The notes under the pieces are model-generated. The model worked only from the letters and a program-made list of their open reading frames with translations, did not search any database and was not told the origin of the DNA. This document shows positions 61,182 to 63,879 of a stretch of DNA of 63,879 nt, in pieces. Position numbers and translations under genes: made by a program. The stretch comes from a bacterium (GTDB lineage: Bacteria; Sysuimicrobiota; Sysuimicrobiia; Sysuimicrobiales; Segetimicrobiaceae). Each line of letters begins with the position of its first letter. Position 1 is the first letter of the stretch. The stretch spans positions 1 to 63,879 of the forward strand of contig DATEHM010000077.1 of NCBI GenBank assembly GCA_035279545.1. The letters run 5' to 3'.

Positions 61182-61257
61182 TGGCGCGCCCGGAGGGATT
61201 TGAACCCCCGACCTACGGCTCCGGAGGCCGACGCTCTATCCGCTGAGCTACGGGCGC
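61182..61257 (-). tRNA. tRNA-Arg (anticodon CCG), CCA encoded
   Basis: Minus strand reads GCGCCCG-TA-GCTC-AGCGGATA-GAGC-G-TCGGC-CTCCGGA-GCCGT-AGGTC-GGGGG-TTCAAAT-CCCTC-CGGGCGC-G-CCA. This is a 76-nt cloverleaf with a 7-bp acceptor stem and GTTCAAAT T-loop. There is one U:U at 27:43 and one G:U in the T stem. Confidence 0.9.
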
Positions 61258-61266
61258 GTCATTTCT

Positions 61267-61275
61267 ATTATAACA
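61267..61275 (-). promoter_or_regulatory. candidate extended -10 promoter (TGTTATAAT) for tRNA-Arg
   Basis: Minus strand reads tTGtTATAAT, ending 9 nt upstream of the mature tRNA 5' end. It lies in a locally AT-rich patch. Confidence 0.45.
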
Positions 61276-61334
61276 AAGGAAGCGGAACAGGGTTGGCACA
61301 CTCGGAGCCGGGATGCCGGGGGAACCCAGGGAGG

Positions 61335-62375
61335 CTATGATTGCTGCGGAAACGCCGGGGGCGAGGTCGGGGGAATCGACCGGGACCGATGCCTTTCCAG
61401 CATGGCCAGGAACACCGACCCGAGTCCCCAGGTTGAGACCGCCAGCACCAGCAGCCATCCAAGATGGGGAATGCTGAACGCGACGGCAAGGATTACGGCT
61501 CCGACGACGACCTCGTGAGCCACGTCTGACCGCCGGACGCGCTGGCCGATGAGGAGCGCGACCGCCGTCGTGCCGAGCTGCAGCGCCACGAGCACCGCCA
61601 CCGGCACCAACAGCGCCAGGGTCAGTCCGATCACGCTGAGCACCAAGACGAAGGCCAGCATCCCCGCGATCGGCCAGCCCAGGAGCCCGACCCCGAACGT
61701 CCCCAGCGGGTCCCTCTCCATCACCCCGGCCAGGCGGGCGGTGAGCCCGGGGAACAGCACGGCGACGAGCCATGCCGTTCCCACGAAGGTGACCAATGCG
61801 CCAAGGTAGAGGAGCGAGAAGAGGGGCCTCAGCGAGAGGATCGACCCCCCCAATCCCCACGGCCAGGGGGACCACGGACCGGGAGCCGGGGCGGGAAACG
61901 GACGGACCCATGGCGAGGGAAACGGGAACGCGCGAGGGCCCGGCGCCGGCAACGGGGGCAGCGGCGGCAACGGCGCCGGCTGCGGCTGGGCCCCGCCGAC
62001 GGAGGCGCCGGGTTCCTGCTCGACCGTCCCGCCGATCGCCCTCGCCTGACCGCCGACCACCGCGCCGGAGTGAAGGATCACGTTGCCTCCGACGGCGCGG
62101 ACGGATCCCCCGATGTGCCCGGTGACCTCGACGCTTCCCCCGAGCGCGACCGCATCACCTTCCACCGTTCCGCCGATGGTCGCCGTCCCGCCCACCGCGA
62201 TCGCATCTCCGCGCACAATCGTCCCGGGGGGAACCTGGAGATCACCGGCCCGGAGCAGCAGTTCCGCCGCTCCCGCCGCCCGGGGGCCGGCGAGGAGCGC
62301 GGCCGCGGAAATGAGCACGGCCGATGCGGCCGCTCTCTTCAGAACTGCGTCGCGTTTGCGCATCATCCTCACCAC
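61335..62375 (-). CDS. signal-peptide + bactofilin-like (polymer-forming, beta-helical Gly/Val repeat) domain + Pro-rich linker + polytopic membrane domain protein
   Basis: 346 aa. Signal AVLISAAALLAGPRAAGA. Repeats GDAIAVGGTATIGGTVEGDAVALGGSVEVTGHIGGSVRAVGGNVILHSGAVVGG. Linker PQPAPLPPLPPLPAPGP..PWPW. Then 4-5 TM helices. Confidence 0.6.
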   Translation of the reverse strand: MVRMMRKRDAVLKRAAASAVLISAAALLAGPRAAGAAELLLRAGDLQVPPGTIVRGDAIAVGGTATIGGTVEGDAVALGGSVEVTGHIGGSVRAVGGNVILHSGAVVGGQARAIGGTVEQEPGASVGGAQPQPAPLPPLPPLPAPGPRAFPFPSPWVRPFPAPAPGPWSPWPWGLGGSILSLRPLFSLLYLGALVTFVGTAWLVAVLFPGLTARLAGVMERDPLGTFGVGLLGWPIAGMLAFVLVLSVIGLTLALLVPVAVLVALQLGTTAVALLIGQRVRRSDVAHEVVVGAVILAVAFSIPHLGWLLVLAVSTWGLGSVFLAMLERHRSRSIPPTSPPAFPQQS

Positions 62376-62448
62376 ACGTCACCCTCCGCTATATCATCAG
62401 GAGGAATTCACCCTCCATCGCGGAATTAGACCGGCGCAAGGGGGGAAT

Positions 62449-63081
62449 ATGCCTCGAGTCGCGGCGATCATACCGGCGTTCAATGAGGAACGAACCATCG
62501 GGGACGTCATCGGCGCGGCGAGGCGATGCCGGCTGGTCGACGACGTGATCGTCGTCAGCGATGGATCCCGGGATGCGACGGTGATGACCGCCCGTCGGCA
62601 CGGCGCCCGGGTGATCGAACTTTCCGAGAACCTGGGGAAGGGCGGCGCGATCGCCGCCGGGCTCGGAGCGACCCGCGCGCAATACATCGTCCTCCTGGAC
62701 GGCGATCTCGTCGGGTTGACCACCCAGCACGTCGAAGATCTCTTGCTGCCCGTGCTCTGCGGGGCGGCAGAAGTCAGCATCGGTCAGATTAAGCGCGACC
62801 TGATGCAAACGCTGTTCCCAAATTTCTCCGGTCAGCGGGCTCTGCGCCGTGAAGTCCTCGAAGCCATTCCCAATCTCGAGAACACGGGCTTCGGCGTCGA
62901 AGCCGTCCTGAGCCGGCACCTGAAATCGTCGGGCCTGCGTGCGTGCACGGTATCTCTGGGCCATCTCACTCACGTCCCCAAACAAGAAAAACACGGACTG
63001 CTTCGCGGCTACGTCGGCAAACTCAAAGCCACCTGGCAGATCGCCAAGTGGAGCGGCCGCAACGGCCGCGCCAAGGCCTGA
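62449..63081 (+). CDS. family-2 glycosyltransferase (short, GpgS/DPM-like GT-A fold)
   Basis: ORF 62083..63081 trimmed to ATG 62449. 210 aa with AAIIPAFNEERTIGDVI, VVSDGSRDAT, GKGGA, LLDGDL (DxD), GFGVEAVL. Confidence 0.78.
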   Translation: MPRVAAIIPAFNEERTIGDVIGAARRCRLVDDVIVVSDGSRDATVMTARRHGARVIELSENLGKGGAIAAGLGATRAQYIVLLDGDLVGLTTQHVEDLLLPVLCGAAEVSIGQIKRDLMQTLFPNFSGQRALRREVLEAIPNLENTGFGVEAVLSRHLKSSGLRACTVSLGHLTHVPKQEKHGLLRGYVGKLKATWQIAKWSGRNGRAKA

Positions 63082-63088
63082 TCCCGCC

Positions 63089-63811
63089 TCACCGACCGAT
63101 CATCCGCACGCGGTCCCCCAATCTCGGCACCAGCACCGACCGGTCCCGATCCGCGCAGTAGTCAAGATCACGCGGGAGGCCGATCTCGATGACGTTCCGC
63201 CCCGCCCGGGTCCGCCGGAAGACCGCCGCGGCATCCGCATTGCTCTGATAGAGTGCGTGAGCCGCGAGGGCCGCATCGGTCAGGTCGATCCGGCCGCCGC
63301 CGTCGGGGCTCGCCACCGCGGCATCGACCATCGCCCCCGCGGTGTAGGCATCGTCAAGGCTAAATCTCCCCTCTCGCCCTGCGCACACGAGCGTGATCCC
63401 GGAGCCCTCTGCCGCACCCACCGCCGTGCGGACGGCCTCGGACCGGTTGCGGAGACAGCCGAGCATGACCACGGAGGCTCCCTGCGTCAGGTGGATGGCG
63501 CGGGTGCCGTTCGTGGTGGCAAACACGACGCGCCGGCCGGTCAAATCGGCGTCCGCAAACGCTACGGGACTGTTCCCGAAGTCAAACCCCGCGGGGGCGT
63601 GCCCCCCTTGTTCCCCCGCCAGGAGCATCTGCGGGTGAGCCTTGCCGTACCGGCGGGCCGTCTCCACCTCGGGCGCGATCAGCACCTCCGCACACCCCCG
63701 CTCCAGCATCGCCAGCACGGATGTCGTCGCCCGGATGACGTCGATGACAACGATGGTCCGGCCGCAAAGCGGCCCGGCTTCCTCTGGGAGGAACGCCACG
63801 TGCAGTTCCAC
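63089..63811 (-). CDS. comB: 2-phosphosulfolactate phosphatase (ComB) family protein
   Basis: 240 aa with IVVIDVIRATTSVLAML, GEQGG..PAGFDFGNSP, FATTNGTRA: ComB-family motifs. Family-level call only. Confidence 0.75.
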   Translation of the reverse strand: MELHVAFLPEEAGPLCGRTIVVIDVIRATTSVLAMLERGCAEVLIAPEVETARRYGKAHPQMLLAGEQGGHAPAGFDFGNSPVAFADADLTGRRVVFATTNGTRAIHLTQGASVVMLGCLRNRSEAVRTAVGAAEGSGITLVCAGREGRFSLDDAYTAGAMVDAAVASPDGGGRIDLTDAALAAHALYQSNADAAAVFRRTRAGRNVIEIGLPRDLDYCADRDRSVLVPRLGDRVRMIGR

Positions 63812-63879
63812 CGGACCTTAGAACTTCCTATAATACGGAGTCCCCGCCAGCGCCTCAGCGAGGCGAGCGCGAACCATCT

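Noticed and set aside
63818-63879. Minus-strand reading frame ending ...MVRARLAEALAGTPYYRKF-TAA at the right edge, 6 nt upstream of the comB start. It is possibly the 3' end of another gene.
   Set aside because: Only 19 codons are visible, so neither product nor reality can be supported. It is mentioned so the edge is not assumed to be non-coding.

Overview
This is a 63.9-kb, visibly very GC-rich (not computed), gene-dense bacterial chromosomal segment. I support about 56 protein genes, one tRNA, one IS element and one riboswitch. All but five genes lie on the minus strand.

Gene order, read in minus-strand transcription order (right to left):
- A small accessory patch: ComB-like phosphatase, GT2, a secreted bactofilin-like membrane protein, tRNA-Arg(CCG), a cupin-MarR module, an orphan NMT1-type binding protein, an amidohydrolase, an IS481-family element, an M20 peptidase and a methyltransferase.
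- A Leu T-box-controlled ilvB-ilvN-ilvC-leuA-cimA-leuB operon, then panE and yerC-ccmH.
- A his operon: hisZ-G-D-B-H-A-F-IE plus a metallophosphoesterase.
- An S9 peptidase, a PduO-type adenosyltransferase, and on the plus strand an aspartase-like lyase and a ClpP-fold protease.
- A TCA block: sdhC-A-B, icd, mdh, sucC-D.
- DUF360-rapZ-yvcK.
- A membrane-arm-only nuoA-H-J-K-L-M-N cluster.
- A Thermus-order A/V-type ATPase operon followed by a Clp1-like P-loop gene.
- gap-pgk-tpiA.

I saw no CRISPR array, rRNA or canonical defence system.

Most noteworthy observations:
1. A degenerate 3'-half copy of tRNA-Arg lies 1.6 kb from the intact gene and brackets the cupin-MarR module, which looks like an integration relic.
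2. An intact IS481-family element has a CCTAGA target duplication 30 bp upstream of an amidohydrolase gene.
3. The nuo cluster lacks nuoB/C/D/I (and E/F/G), and nuoH is directly coupled to nuoJ.
4. An archaeal/eukaryal-type Clp1-like kinase gene is appended to the A/V-ATPase operon.
5. The his operon has a palindromic operator embedded in its promoter, a nearby YerC (TrpR-like) regulator, and a terminal metallophosphoesterase where a histidinol-phosphate phosphatase is missing.

Many ORF-track N-termini are over-extended. I trimmed them using conserved N-termini, RBS-like purine tracts and recurrent ATGA/GTGA start-stop overlaps.

All functional calls rest on my recognition of family motifs in the supplied translations. 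No database search was run.
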